A stretch of DNA of 52,376 nucleotides from a virus (IMGVR_UViG_3300002219_000849:1-52376), one strand, 5' to 3'. Counted from the stretch's first letter, positions 18,113 through 28,221 are shown. Numbers and translations: made by a program. The notes: generated by a model not told the origin, from the sequence alone.

Positions 18113-20121
18113 ATAACCCTTCCTCCTAGAGCCCTATTAATAGAATCGACATCAAAGGTTGGTGATGTAGTATTAATGGTGATGTTATTCGTATTCGCAT
18201 TGGAGCGATTCACATTGCTTGTTGAACTTACACTTTGGTTCTGCTTAAGGTTGAATTTGTCGCCAAACCATCCACCAATCTTACCGAAGAAACCACCAAC
18301 TTTATCAGCTGCGTTACCTACAAAGTCTCCTACTCCTTTAGCCACATTTGATGCAAACTCACCAATGTTCCCTGTAATACTTCCTACCATGTCACCAAAA
18401 TTACCAGCGATATCACCCATTTTCGAGCCTAAATCGCCAATCCATTCAAAAATCTTAGCTAGAAACTCAATAATTTTCTGTACAACCGCCATGACTGGTT
18501 CTAACACTTTTTGAAGCACTTTAATCGCTGGAACTAATATCGCTTGAAGGACTTTTCCAATAATTTCAATCAGTGGTGCTACCATTTCGAGAAGTTCTGC
18601 AATAAATCCAATTTGAGCCATGAGTGGTACCAATAGCACATCAATGATTGGAACTAACATCTCAACCAGCATAATAATCAATTCAATGAGGACATCCAAA
18701 ATGGGTGTGAGTGCAGTCATCAAACTATCCACTATCGTCATGATAGGTGGTAATAAAAGCATGAGTGTTTCACCTAATCGTGATAGTAATGCTCGAAATT
18801 CTTCACTTTGAAAGAGCGCCATCGCAATAATTGCAATCAGTGCACCAATGCCGAGTGTAGCAAAGTTAAGTCCTGCTCCAGCAAATAAACCCGATGTTCC
18901 TACTGCTCTTAAAGCTGTTGAAACAATATTTAGTATCGGACCAACTTTACCAATAATAGATAGTACAGGTCCTACTGCAGTAATCACTGCACCAAGCGTA
19001 AGAATAATTTGCTTAGTGCCTGAATCTAGATTATTCCATTTTTCGATCCAACTTTTAAGTGTAGGAATGACTTCATCTCTAACCTTTTGAAGCATGGCTT
19101 GCATGATGGGTAAGACTTGAACAGAAATATCCATCGCAAGACTAGCGAGTGCTTGTTTCGTTGAATCAATAGCATCGGTAAACTCTCCTGCGATAGCTGC
19201 TTGTTCGTTTGTAATAATTCCTAGTTCTCTTGCTTCATTTCTAAGCCCAGTTATCGCACTTTTTTCTTGTGATAAAATGGGTAGTAATTCTGAACCTATC
19301 TTATCCCCAAAAAACTCATTAGCTATACCCACTCGAAGTGCTTCATCTTCAACACCGGCTAATGCATCTCGAATCAAATTGAACGCTTGATCAGCATTTA
19401 ATCCTTTAAGGTCATCTACTGTGAGTCCAATTTGTGCTAGGCTATCAGCAACCTTATCACCATTACCTGTTGCAATATCGCCAAGAACCCCATTGACCTT
19501 AATAAAGGCCTTATTTAGGCTTTCTGTCGAACTTCCAGAGATCTTCGCAACGTAGTTCCATTCTTGTAAACTCTCGGCACTCAAGCCAATTTTAGCGGCT
19601 GTGTCAGCAATGTTGTCGGCAGCAACAGCAGTCTTTACTGCAAGTGCACTAAGGGCAGATATAGCACCCAATACAGGCACAGTGACTGATTTAGTTAATG
19701 TCGAACCTAGCTTACCTATCTTTTCAAAGTTTGCATTAGAGAGTTCTGTAATTTTCGCTCTTGTGTTTTGCAGTTCTTTATTGAGTTTGGATACTTCAGC
19801 TTCAGTATAAGCAACATTTCGTGCGAGCTTATTAAACTCCGTTTCACTCATCTGGCCAAGCTTGACTGCTTGTTTTGCTTTTTCGAGTTCCTGATTCTGC
19901 GTTTCTAGTTTCTTTTTTGTTGTTTGAAGGATGTCATTCAGTTTAGATTGTTTTTGTTTCCAAAGTTCAACATTTGAGCTATCATACTTAAGGTTTGCAT
20001 TGATGGCTTTGAGATCCTTCTGCTGTTCTTTGAGATCTGATTGAATCTCTTTCAGTTCGTTTTCTAAATCTCTACCATCAAGACTTAATTTTATATTTAA
20101 CCCTTTGACTGTTTCTGCCAT
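18109..20121 (-). CDS. Tape measure protein
   Basis: N-terminal coiled coil, GSTLTKSVTVPV, hydrophobic Pro-periodic repeats. Confidence 0.9.
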   Translation of the reverse strand: MAETVKGLNIKLSLDGRDLENELKEIQSDLKEQQKDLKAINANLKYDSSNVELWKQKQSKLNDILQTTKKKLETQNQELEKAKQAVKLGQMSETEFNKLARNVAYTEAEVSKLNKELQNTRAKITELSNANFEKIGKLGSTLTKSVTVPVLGAISALSALAVKTAVAADNIADTAAKIGLSAESLQEWNYVAKISGSSTESLNKAFIKVNGVLGDIATGNGDKVADSLAQIGLTVDDLKGLNADQAFNLIRDALAGVEDEALRVGIANEFFGDKIGSELLPILSQEKSAITGLRNEARELGIITNEQAAIAGEFTDAIDSTKQALASLAMDISVQVLPIMQAMLQKVRDEVIPTLKSWIEKWNNLDSGTKQIILTLGAVITAVGPVLSIIGKVGPILNIVSTALRAVGTSGLFAGAGLNFATLGIGALIAIIAMALFQSEEFRALLSRLGETLMLLLPPIMTIVDSLMTALTPILDVLIELIIMLVEMLVPIIDVLLVPLMAQIGFIAELLEMVAPLIEIIGKVLQAILVPAIKVLQKVLEPVMAVVQKIIEFLAKIFEWIGDLGSKMGDIAGNFGDMVGSITGNIGEFASNVAKGVGDFVGNAADKVGGFFGKIGGWFGDKFNLKQNQSVSSTSNVNRSNANTNNITINTTSPTFDVDSINRALGGRVI

Positions 20122-20142
20122 CTATACTCACCTCTTTATCTT

Positions 20143-20173
20143 AAAATAAAAAGCACATCGTTTTTTGATGTGC
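20143..20173 (-). terminator. Moron terminator immediately upstream of the tape measure gene
   Basis: GCACATC..GATGTGC stem plus T run on minus strand. Confidence 0.7.
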
Positions 20174-20206
20174 CTAATAAATATATACAATTAACAAACT
20201 CTATCT

Positions 20207-21166
20207 TCATTGATTGTCATCCGGGATTTTATTCAATATTTCATTTTTTGCCAAGTCAAGTAATCCCTCAATATCTTCAGTTTGATGATTCAAATCATCT
20301 TGAATTTCAGTTACTGCTGATGTCACTTTGTCTGCAACCTCCTCAATAATTCCGTTCATAATTGATGAGTTATATAGTTGGGGATCGTATAATTTGTGAA
20401 ACCAATATAATGATGAAAATGTCTTTCTTGCATACTTTTTAACTAGTTTATAATATGTTTCTACTATTTGATTCAGTTCTCTATTATTTGAGAAAAACTC
20501 AAGTTCCTTTTTCCTAGAATCAAATTCCAAACCTTTTTTAAAATAGAAATATTCTTCTGTTGATCTGAACGTATTTTCTTCTGTTTTGATATCAGTTTCA
20601 CTTAAGAAATTATACACTGATTCATAAGGACTTCTACTGTATGAAAACACATCAAGGATTAATTGATATCTTATATCCATTTTACGTTTTTCAACAAAAA
20701 CTTGTTTCATCTCATTAGGCATGTGTTTCTCAACAAGCTCATTAAGTTTTGCTTCATGTTTCATCATCTTCTTTTCATAATTGCGAATGAAATAATTTTC
20801 CCAATCATCATGGAATAACTGTTTCATAATCTCAAGATGTGAAACCAAATGATCATGCATAGATCTAAATAGGATGTTTTTACTAGAGTCATCTTTAGTC
20901 CTTATGTTTTTCTTTAGGTACGATAAGTCTGTACAAGCAAAAAACATCATGCGATACTTCTCATAATATGAACTTTGTGTTTCTATTAATGAAGGAATAA
21001 CTAATGTAAAAACTGCAGATTCAATCGGAATTATAAGGTTAAGTAATATACTTTCAGAATATTTTCCCCACATTAATGATACAAAAACGATAGAAAGCAC
21101 AAAAATAAAAAACATTGCACGATACTTATATCTAAAATAAAATGAAACAAATATCATAATTATCAC
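20207..21166 (-). CDS. Moron: 2-TM protein with large soluble domain
   Basis: Low GC, own promoter and terminator, N-terminal hydrophobic segments. Confidence 0.7.
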   Translation of the reverse strand: MIIMIFVSFYFRYKYRAMFFIFVLSIVFVSLMWGKYSESILLNLIIPIESAVFTLVIPSLIETQSSYYEKYRMMFFACTDLSYLKKNIRTKDDSSKNILFRSMHDHLVSHLEIMKQLFHDDWENYFIRNYEKKMMKHEAKLNELVEKHMPNEMKQVFVEKRKMDIRYQLILDVFSYSRSPYESVYNFLSETDIKTEENTFRSTEEYFYFKKGLEFDSRKKELEFFSNNRELNQIVETYYKLVKKYARKTFSSLYWFHKLYDPQLYNSSIMNGIIEEVADKVTSAVTEIQDDLNHQTEDIEGLLDLAKNEILNKIPDDNQ

Positions 21167-21279
21167 CCCAAAGTCTATTTACATATATTGTATCACTCAT
21201 GTTAAAAAATGTACTAGTGACTTTTAAATAACATTTTATTTCACTTGTGATAATATAAAGTTAATGGAGGCGATTAAAA

Positions 21280-21453
21280 GTGATTGAATATAAAGTAGTT
21301 GCAATTCGTATACCAGCTTTCAAGTCAAAAGAAACTGGTGCTGAAAAAATTCAAGAAGAAATGAACAAACATGCAAAAAATGGTTGGAGAGTTCATAAGG
21401 TTAATATCACAGATCTAACTATGGTCATAATTACATTTGAGAAAGACAACTAA
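21280..21453 (+). CDS. DUF4177-like small protein (57 aa; absent from the ORF track)
   Basis: GGAGG RBS, GTG start; MIEYKVV..MNKHAKNGWRV..ITFEK. Confidence 0.75.
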   Translation: MIEYKVVAIRIPAFKSKETGAEKIQEEMNKHAKNGWRVHKVNITDLTMVIITFEKDN

Positions 21454-21456
21454 GTG

Positions 21457-21690
21457 TTAAATCAAAAATGCATCAATATCAGATTGAGTAGCTAAGCGGC
21501 TACTTTTTTCATTATGAATCACTTTCATTTCAAGCTGAACTAGCTCAAAATAAGTCGTTAAATCGAAATACTTTGAATCTTCTATCGATAGTCCTAGATG
21601 AGCCAAGTTAAATATGATATTTGAAGTCGCACCAAACTCTGGCTCATCATTTAGACTGTGGGGATGGTTTGGTGCTTTTTTGGAGAGTGC
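21457..21690 (-). CDS. Frameshift extension of the tail assembly chaperone (gpGT-like)
   Basis: Open +1 frame overlapping the chaperone end and finishing RLATQSDIDAFLI*. Confidence 0.7.
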   Translation of the reverse strand, partial: ALSKKAPNHPHSLNDEPEFGATSNIIFNLAHLGLSIEDSKYFDLTTYFELVQLEMKVIHNEKSSRLATQSDIDAFLI

Positions 21691-21997
21691 CTAACATCTC
21701 CCCGATGGTCTGAGATAGAATTCCTAATTCTTCTGTATCACTAAGGATACCAAAATCTAGTGCCATTAAGAAATCGTTATAAGATGTCTTGCTAAAAGGA
21801 CGATGAAGTACATAGATAATTCTAAAAATCGTATCAATCACAAGTGAGAAATCTTCTTCTTTGATATTCTTGCCCTTTTCGAGTTTCTTGATGTCGCTAA
21901 ACAATTCAGATCCGAACACATTACGATAATCGATAATCGTAAAGAGTGATGAATGGAGTTTGTACTCCTTATCACCCAGTTTAATCACTTTTTCCAT
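21647..21997 (-). CDS. Tail assembly chaperone (gpG-like)
   Basis: Between major tail and tape measure genes; YRNVFGSELFSDI. Confidence 0.8.
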   Translation of the reverse strand: MEKVIKLGDKEYKLHSSLFTIIDYRNVFGSELFSDIKKLEKGKNIKEEDFSLVIDTIFRIIYVLHRPFSKTSYNDFLMALDFGILSDTEELGILSQTIGEMLGTLQKSTKPSPQSK

Positions 21998-22010
21998 GGT
22001 TCAATCCTCC

Positions 22011-22577
22011 TTAGATGAATGTCGGAAGCACTGGTGCTGTCGACAAGAAATTAATATAATTTGTATCTCCAACACTCGCAATAACACGAAGGATTAGATT
22101 GCTTCCTGATTCGATCGGACGAGCAGTGATGTTAAGAGAGATAGAATTCGCTTCAATGGAGTCAGCTTTCGATTTGCTAGAATCTCCCGAAGGTGTCGCT
22201 GTACAAAGGTAATACCATATACGACGTGCTTTCGCATCGCCTTGAATCTCATATCCCAACGCAAATGTCTTTGTTTCACTATTGACGACTTCAACGAAGT
22301 TACCATTGGTGTCTGTTTTAAATCCAAAGATATCCTTCTTAAATTCATCATCAATCTCTGTGAATTTGAGTGTGACAGTTGAACCTGAATTCGATACAAG
22401 GGTTGCTATGACTTTGTCATCTGCATAGACTTGTGAGCTTCCACCGATGATTTCAGTCGTGATTTCTTGAGCACCTGCTAATCTTTTGGGTGTACCAAAG
22501 GACCAGGAACCATCTGTTCCAATAGTAGCTAGCGCATAATGGACATTCGTTAGTCCGAAAGTGACCTTATTACTCAT
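22011..22577 (-). CDS. Major tail protein (phi13 family-like)
   Basis: NKVTFGLTNVHYA, YADD, FALGYEI..WYYLC. Confidence 0.88.
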   Translation of the reverse strand: MSNKVTFGLTNVHYALATIGTDGSWSFGTPKRLAGAQEITTEIIGGSSQVYADDKVIATLVSNSGSTVTLKFTEIDDEFKKDIFGFKTDTNGNFVEVVNSETKTFALGYEIQGDAKARRIWYYLCTATPSGDSSKSKADSIEANSISLNITARPIESGSNLILRVIASVGDTNYINFLSTAPVLPTFI

Positions 22578-22920
22578 GTTTTATTTCCTCCTGTTTGATT
22601 TCGTAAACACGATTAATCGAGTTATCGTCATTGACGTACTCGGTAATCATTTGATAATTAAGCCCAGATTGATATAGTGCTGATTCTAATTGATCTTCAA
22701 TTGTGGGGTCCTTTGATTCTGTGACAAGTGTGATTTGGTAAGTGATAATTCGAACCAAAGACATGTTATCTGCATATTTCTGAACTCTATCACTGATTTC
22801 TTGATAGACAATAAATGGATAGATATGGAGCTCATTTGCATCGATAATGTTCGTTCCATAGGTGACTCGATTTGGTAAAACACTGTTGAGCACCTGGTAT
22901 ATTAGTTCTAGAACACTCAT
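22570..22920 (-). CDS. Tail terminator/completion protein
   Basis: PFIVY..YADN motif; position. Confidence 0.7.
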   Translation of the reverse strand: MSVLELIYQVLNSVLPNRVTYGTNIIDANELHIYPFIVYQEISDRVQKYADNMSLVRIITYQITLVTESKDPTIEDQLESALYQSGLNYQMITEYVNDDNSINRVYEIKQEEIKHE

Positions 22921-23303
22921 GAGGATCCACCTCTTTCAATTATCGATTTGATTTGCTCCACCATGTCCGGTGCGAATGCATCGAAAGCTGGACGCATGAA
23001 TGGACGTGGTCCCACAAACTTACCACCTCGATGCATAAATCCAAACTCAAGTAGATGCGTCAACCTTCCTTTATTGCTTGAATAAATAGCGATTCGCTTG
23101 TTGATACCTTGCCCTTCTGGGATTGCAACAAATGAGTCTGCAAAACCATAAGACATACCGCTTCTTGGTGCTTTTGATTGAATATAAGTGAGTACTTTCT
23201 CAGCAGTTTCATCCAGCACTTTTGCCATAGCCTTAATAACATCTTCTGCATAAGATTCGACAAGTTCGCTTATCTCAACAGCTAATTCATCCAACGAGAC
23301 CAT
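22917..23303 (-). CDS. HK97 gp10-family protein
   Basis: LTHLLEFG..PRPFMRPAF. Confidence 0.85.
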   Translation of the reverse strand: MVSLDELAVEISELVESYAEDVIKAMAKVLDETAEKVLTYIQSKAPRSGMSYGFADSFVAIPEGQGINKRIAIYSSNKGRLTHLLEFGFMHRGGKFVGPRPFMRPAFDAFAPDMVEQIKSIIERGGSS

Positions 23304-23625
23304 TGATATCACCTATCCTAATTTTGGCTTCTACAAGATAAAGCTCAATGAATTGACCACTGATGTATGTACGTTCAATCTTATAAATCTTTGAATCGAT
23401 CATAGCATTCCTGCTTCCATCGTATAAGAAACTTTGGATTCTAACTGCAACATCAATGCGAATGTCGGTTTTCTTACTTTCATAAAATTCCTTCGATGTT
23501 ACTGAGAAATTAATACCGATAACTTCTTTGGAACTGATGAGTGTTAACTTGCGATTACCAATAGTGTCTTGTACACCATTAATTTTGAGCAATGTAAGTC
23601 TAATATTTGGTGAGCTAGGGAACAT
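23287..23625 (-). CDS. Head closure/head-tail adaptor
   Basis: SVTSKEFY..YKIERTY..IELY; position. Confidence 0.75.
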   Translation of the reverse strand: MFPSSPNIRLTLLKINGVQDTIGNRKLTLISSKEVIGINFSVTSKEFYESKKTDIRIDVAVRIQSFLYDGSRNAMIDSKIYKIERTYISGQFIELYLVEAKIRIGDINGLVG

Positions 23626-23912
23626 TAAGATATACTTCCCTTCGTTAAGGCTAATTGTTTAACGAGCATTTCAAAACTCTTCGGAAGTTCCTTCACAGAT
23701 CCGTCGTTCTTAAAACCAAAAAAAGTCTTGCAGTAGATAAGGATGAGAGAGTCCACAATTGGAACTCCCTCACCACTCACGACTTCATCAGCCACACCGA
23801 CAGAACGTATGAGTTCTTTACACGCTTCAATATGCGATTGTAATTCTTCATCAGCATATGTTTCCGATAGAGGAATCAACAATGCTTTCTTAACCGTATC
23901 CAGTATGGCCAT
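23625..23912 (-). CDS. Head-tail connector (gp6-like)
   Basis: LDTVKKAL..YCKTFFG; directly after the capsid gene. Confidence 0.78.
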   Translation of the reverse strand: MAILDTVKKALLIPLSETYADEELQSHIEACKELIRSVGVADEVVSGEGVPIVDSLILIYCKTFFGFKNDGSVKELPKSFEMLVKQLALTKGSIS

Positions 23913-23932
23913 GTTCAATCATCCTTTCTCTA

Positions 23933-25063
23933 CTAGGCAGCTGCTTTCTTCTTGATGCGAAGGAAGCCTTTATAACCAACAACGTTACCACCAGTAAAGA
24001 CCGAAGCCTTATAGCAGATGATACCGTCTTTAAATTTATAGTCTGTTGACTTACCGATTTCTACTGGTGAGAAGATTGGCACTTCATAGTTCTTAAGCGA
24101 ACCATATGCGATTGCGTATTCACCGGCAGCGGTTGCGTTATCTGCGATTGCTTTGCAATGTGAGTTGATCACATAAGGAATGCCATCGATGGTTTGGTTG
24201 ATATAGTCAACAGTGTGTACTTTTCGTCCTTCTGAAGTACGTAATCCAGCAAATGCACGAAGGTCATTCTTATTCAAAATAAGAACTGCTCCGCCTTCAA
24301 CTTCCTCATCACCACCATAAGCAAAGATAATGTCATCAAGCGTCGTATCAGTGATTGCAGAAATTTCTAGTGGAGTTGTATCCGCTAAAGCAACTGCTTG
24401 ATCACTGAAGATTCCAGTGAAGGTATTCGATGTTCCAGCACCACGAAGGATTTGTTCAGAGATTTTCTTTTTCAAGGACACGTTGATGTTTCTTAATACT
24501 TCTGCTTGATAAGGAATACTTGGAAGTTTTTCGAGTTCTTCGGTGATTTCGGTGTATGCTGTAATCTTTACTTTGGTGATGGTGACATAACCAAATGTTG
24601 GTTCAGTTTCACTGTAAGGTTGACCTTCTACAGTGGTTCCAGCAATACCATTTGATTTCACAAAGGATTTCTTGTAGGTTTCCCCACCATTTAAATTGAT
24701 GATATTGACCTTATCTACCAATGTTGAAACTTGTGCATAAGGAACTGGTGCAAGCTTGTTTGATACGGTTTCTGGAAGCAGTACTTCAGAGCTTGACACT
24801 TGAATCACACGGTTTTCTCTGAGTTGTTTACCGCGAAGTTCTAGGGTTTCCTTGTTATCAATTCGTGTATCAATGACAATCGGTTTGATTTCAACTTTGG
24901 ATGCAATCGTCATCTTTTTATCAATGACTGAGCGTTCCTCTTGTAGGGTATTACATTCTGTATCGAATGCTTCAAGTTTTGCAACATCTGATTCCGCTTC
25001 GACGAGTGAACGGATTTCTGTCAAACGTGCTTCGATTTCTTTACGTCTTTTTTCCAAATTCAT
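23933..25063 (-). CDS. Major capsid protein, HK97 fold
   Basis: N-terminal delta coiled coil, ILRGAG, IDGIPY, AYGSLKNY. Confidence 0.92.
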   Translation of the reverse strand: MNLEKRRKEIEARLTEIRSLVEAESDVAKLEAFDTECNTLQEERSVIDKKMTIASKVEIKPIVIDTRIDNKETLELRGKQLRENRVIQVSSSEVLLPETVSNKLAPVPYAQVSTLVDKVNIINLNGGETYKKSFVKSNGIAGTTVEGQPYSETEPTFGYVTITKVKITAYTEITEELEKLPSIPYQAEVLRNINVSLKKKISEQILRGAGTSNTFTGIFSDQAVALADTTPLEISAITDTTLDDIIFAYGGDEEVEGGAVLILNKNDLRAFAGLRTSEGRKVHTVDYINQTIDGIPYVINSHCKAIADNATAAGEYAIAYGSLKNYEVPIFSPVEIGKSTDYKFKDGIICYKASVFTGGNVVGYKGFLRIKKKAAA

Positions 25064-25081
25064 GATTTTTCTCCTTTTGAA

Positions 25082-25672
25082 TTAGTAATTTGTTTTGATA
25101 CGAATCTTCTTTTTCATCACTTCAACTTGTTTTTTCTGCTCTTCTAATTCCATAGCCTTTAGTTCTACATCCATAGACTCTAAAGAACGAGCATAGATAC
25201 TGGTTGAATCGTAAGCTGGTGTGTCTACCACAGAGACATCATATAGCCTTCCGATTTTAGTGATGGTACGTTTAGGGATTTTGCCTTCTTTATTCCACGA
25301 CTGTTCTTCAACAGTGAAAGCAAAACTCATCTTATCAAGCAGGCCACTTCGGACCATTTTGTAGATGTCTTGATTGGATTGGGTGTCCAGAAGTTCTGCA
25401 TGAACTTTCAATCCATTGTTATCAACCGACAATGTCAGTGATTTATTCTTGGTTCTGGCAATAATTAAAAACGAGTCCATATGGTTATATTTCATAGGAA
25501 CATCCTTCATTAAGGTATTTTCAAGTGCATGACGATCAATCTCTTCCACAAAACCATAAGCTTCATCTCCAATTAGTGTTTCCTGGTTAAAGACAATCGC
25601 ATAGCCTTCTAGCGTCATCTTGCCTTCGGTTTCTTCAAACTTGACATCTGCTAGTCTTGTTTCTTTAATCAT
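25082..25672 (-). CDS. HK97-family prohead protease
   Basis: EGYAIVFN, YNH, MSFAF, LYDVSVVDTPAYDST. Confidence 0.93.
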   Translation of the reverse strand: MIKETRLADVKFEETEGKMTLEGYAIVFNQETLIGDEAYGFVEEIDRHALENTLMKDVPMKYNHMDSFLIIARTKNKSLTLSVDNNGLKVHAELLDTQSNQDIYKMVRSGLLDKMSFAFTVEEQSWNKEGKIPKRTITKIGRLYDVSVVDTPAYDSTSIYARSLESMDVELKAMELEEQKKQVEVMKKKIRIKTNY

Positions 25673-25865
25673 TGGTTCTTACCTCCACTTTTGGTTTTGA
25701 TGGTTTACCTTCGACAAAGTATTCTAGCTCAGAATCTTTGTACTGAAAGTTTGTTATCTTGTTTTCTTTACAAAACTCATCGATAATTTGAGTCTTTGAT
25801 TTTTGTGTTTCTAGAATCACTTTGAGTGCTTCTTTTGATATGGTTCCATTAACTGTTACTTTCAT
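25665..25865 (-). CDS. Small hypothetical phage protein
   Basis: GAGGAGG RBS; overlaps the portal and protease genes. Confidence 0.6.
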   Translation of the reverse strand: MKVTVNGTISKEALKVILETQKSKTQIIDEFCKENKITNFQYKDSELEYFVEGKPSKPKVEVRTND

Positions 25866-27063
25866 GATTATCCTCCTCACCTACTTGATATTTATTTGCC
25901 TTATCTGCATCCACATAGTTGAGCGATTGCAGTCGCTTGTTTCCACCTTCAATAGGTTCTAGTCCAAGCAATGCTCTGGATTCATTTAAGGTCATGATCC
26001 CTAGGCTCATCAGTTTTTCGATGGCACTCACTTTTGTATTCCAACTTGCATACTGCAATCGTTCACTATAGAAAATAATCTCCTCACCACGAGTTAACTC
26101 ATTCTCGGTGAGTAATCCCAAAGAAAAAGCCTCAGATAGCTGAATGGCTAGAGGCTCAATGGTTGATTCATAAAATGAGTTAAAATCTTCTTCACTGTAT
26201 TTGTTAGCGAAGATGGGTGCTGATACTCCAAAATAGTCAAGTATCTTTGACTGTAAGAATTCGAGTGTTTCTTTGTCAATCAACTTTGGGTCGACAGTTA
26301 ATGGAACATACTCGGATTTTAAATCCACTGGTATGATTGAACTGCCTTTGTTGCTAATTGAATCATTGAGTGCTGAGTCAAACAATTCTCTTTGTTTCTT
26401 TTTATCTGCTTCAGAAAGCATACCGTTCATCTTGATGATCCCTTTAATCTGTATCGATGATCTGACTGCGTTGTCTATCCCTTGAAGCACATTCTCATTG
26501 ATTGAGATAGTTTTTAATATGGCTTCATGATCACCTGATGATCCAGTTCCACCAAAGATATCATTCGAGGCAAAGTACTTCCTTAAGTGAATGACATTTT
26601 CATAAGGGAGTGTGAACTGTTGTCCATCCTCAAAATAGAACTTTAAGTAGTATCCATCAGCATTGTCGACTTGCGATTCGACCATAATTGGTCTGAGTGG
26701 ATAAAGTGCTTTGAGTCCTCCATTCACTGAATCAAACATAGGATAAACAAAAGCATTATCATTCAGTAGCAACAGGGTAATCACTTTATAGATGAAATCA
26801 TAAGGTGTCATCAGCGGATTGGGCTTATGCTTTAAAAGAAAAGACAGTCGACCTTGTTTTTCGGTCACTGTCTTATCTGCTTCAGTTTTGATGTATCTTG
26901 GTTTGAGTTTCGCACACTGGCTCGCTACTCGATCAACACATATCTTCACGACATCACTTTTTGAAATGTTGGTTCCAAAAGGAGTAAAGAATGTATTGTT
27001 TTGATTTAATAACTGGAAGGTATTCGATGAGCCTTCCTTTTTCTTTCTAGTGAATATGCCCAT
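25849..27063 (-). CDS. Portal protein, HK97 family
   Basis: KPNPLMTPYDF, LLLNDNAF, VIHLR, MTLNESRALLGLEPIEGG. Confidence 0.93.
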   Translation of the reverse strand: MGIFTRKKKEGSSNTFQLLNQNNTFFTPFGTNISKSDVVKICVDRVASQCAKLKPRYIKTEADKTVTEKQGRLSFLLKHKPNPLMTPYDFIYKVITLLLLNDNAFVYPMFDSVNGGLKALYPLRPIMVESQVDNADGYYLKFYFEDGQQFTLPYENVIHLRKYFASNDIFGGTGSSGDHEAILKTISINENVLQGIDNAVRSSIQIKGIIKMNGMLSEADKKKQRELFDSALNDSISNKGSSIIPVDLKSEYVPLTVDPKLIDKETLEFLQSKILDYFGVSAPIFANKYSEEDFNSFYESTIEPLAIQLSEAFSLGLLTENELTRGEEIIFYSERLQYASWNTKVSAIEKLMSLGIMTLNESRALLGLEPIEGGNKRLQSLNYVDADKANKYQVGEEDNHESNS

Positions 27064-27074
27064 AGATTCCCCAC

Positions 27075-28217
27075 TTATTTCTTGCTTGACATAAACTGCC
27101 AAATCACTCCATCGAGTGTTCTCATATTAAAATCAGGATACCTTTTTTGAACGATTTTAAGTTGCATATTGAACTCAGATTGCAAATTTTGATCATCAAG
27201 ATTTGTTGTCTTCAAATACTTAGTAAAAAAGTTAATGATATGTCGATCTTTCTTGAAAGTTCCTGTATCTCCTGAAAGCATCAATGCATAATCAAAAGTA
27301 AGTAATTTGGATTGCCCTTTGATTTGCTTAAGTGATTTCATGAGTTCCATATTCTCTTTATTTTTTAGTAAGTCATCTTTGGTTTCAATTCCGAATTGAT
27401 GCAATACATTTAAGTATTGAACAACTGCCTCGGCCTTAAGTATCCCATTGGTTGTAGAGGTTCGTTGTTTATTATCAAAGACTGATGCAGCTAGCACTTC
27501 AGGACTTTGAAAACTAAATTCGGATACAAATTGACTGACGGTATATTGATCTGTTATGTTTAATCCGATATATTTAGAAAACCTTTCAACGGTCCTTTTT
27601 GTGCTAGTGTAATTAGCTCCAATTGAAAAAACAGCATCAATAATACAAAACACTAAGCTTTGATATCCATATTCACTCATCTCAGACAATCTTTTTTCAA
27701 ATATTTCGAGGGGGATGATATCCAAAATAGTTTGATCCCTTTTTTCAATTAACCCAATTCTTTCTGTGAACTCAATGGCGTATTGAAGTCCATTACTTAG
27801 AAAGATCGCTCCAATAATCGCTTCAATTGTTGTCGCTCTCTTCTTATCTCCACTTAAATCAGAATTATTCCATAGCATGAATACGTCAATATTAAATTTA
27901 ACCCCAATTTTCTCAAGATTATCATTTGTTTCCACTTTCTGATAAACATTAGATATATCTTTCCGCGAGATAGAATTATTGTACTGATATGTATTTGAAG
28001 TGACTATGAGTTTTATAACATGATCACCAACTATTGCCAATGCATCTTGATTTAATAAATTATGTTCATTGCCATACGAAGAACATGTGATGGATGTTAA
28101 TGCATAATCATCTCTTATCTTATAGCCGATGAAATCATAGAGCATGCATAGTTTATCAGTTATTTCGTTCTTGTTATATTTTTTGGTTGTCATATTAATC
28201 AACTCGCTTTCATACAT
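27075..28217 (-). CDS. Mini-RNase III-like domain fused to an HhH-GPD-like domain
   Basis: LAIVGDHVIKL and ATTIEAIIGAIF RNase III motifs; C-terminal IIDAVFSIG..IKGQS..YALMLSG..KKDRH..LDGVIW. Confidence 0.7.
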   Translation of the reverse strand: MYESELINMTTKKYNKNEITDKLCMLYDFIGYKIRDDYALTSITCSSYGNEHNLLNQDALAIVGDHVIKLIVTSNTYQYNNSISRKDISNVYQKVETNDNLEKIGVKFNIDVFMLWNNSDLSGDKKRATTIEAIIGAIFLSNGLQYAIEFTERIGLIEKRDQTILDIIPLEIFEKRLSEMSEYGYQSLVFCIIDAVFSIGANYTSTKRTVERFSKYIGLNITDQYTVSQFVSEFSFQSPEVLAASVFDNKQRTSTTNGILKAEAVVQYLNVLHQFGIETKDDLLKNKENMELMKSLKQIKGQSKLLTFDYALMLSGDTGTFKKDRHIINFFTKYLKTTNLDDQNLQSEFNMQLKIVQKRYPDFNMRTLDGVIWQFMSSKK

Positions 28218-28221
28218 AAGT

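Noticed and set aside
17975-19810. Plus-strand ORFs antisense to the tape measure gene (and similar shadow ORFs elsewhere)
   Set aside because: Antisense shadows of well-supported genes, with no RBS or recognisable motifs
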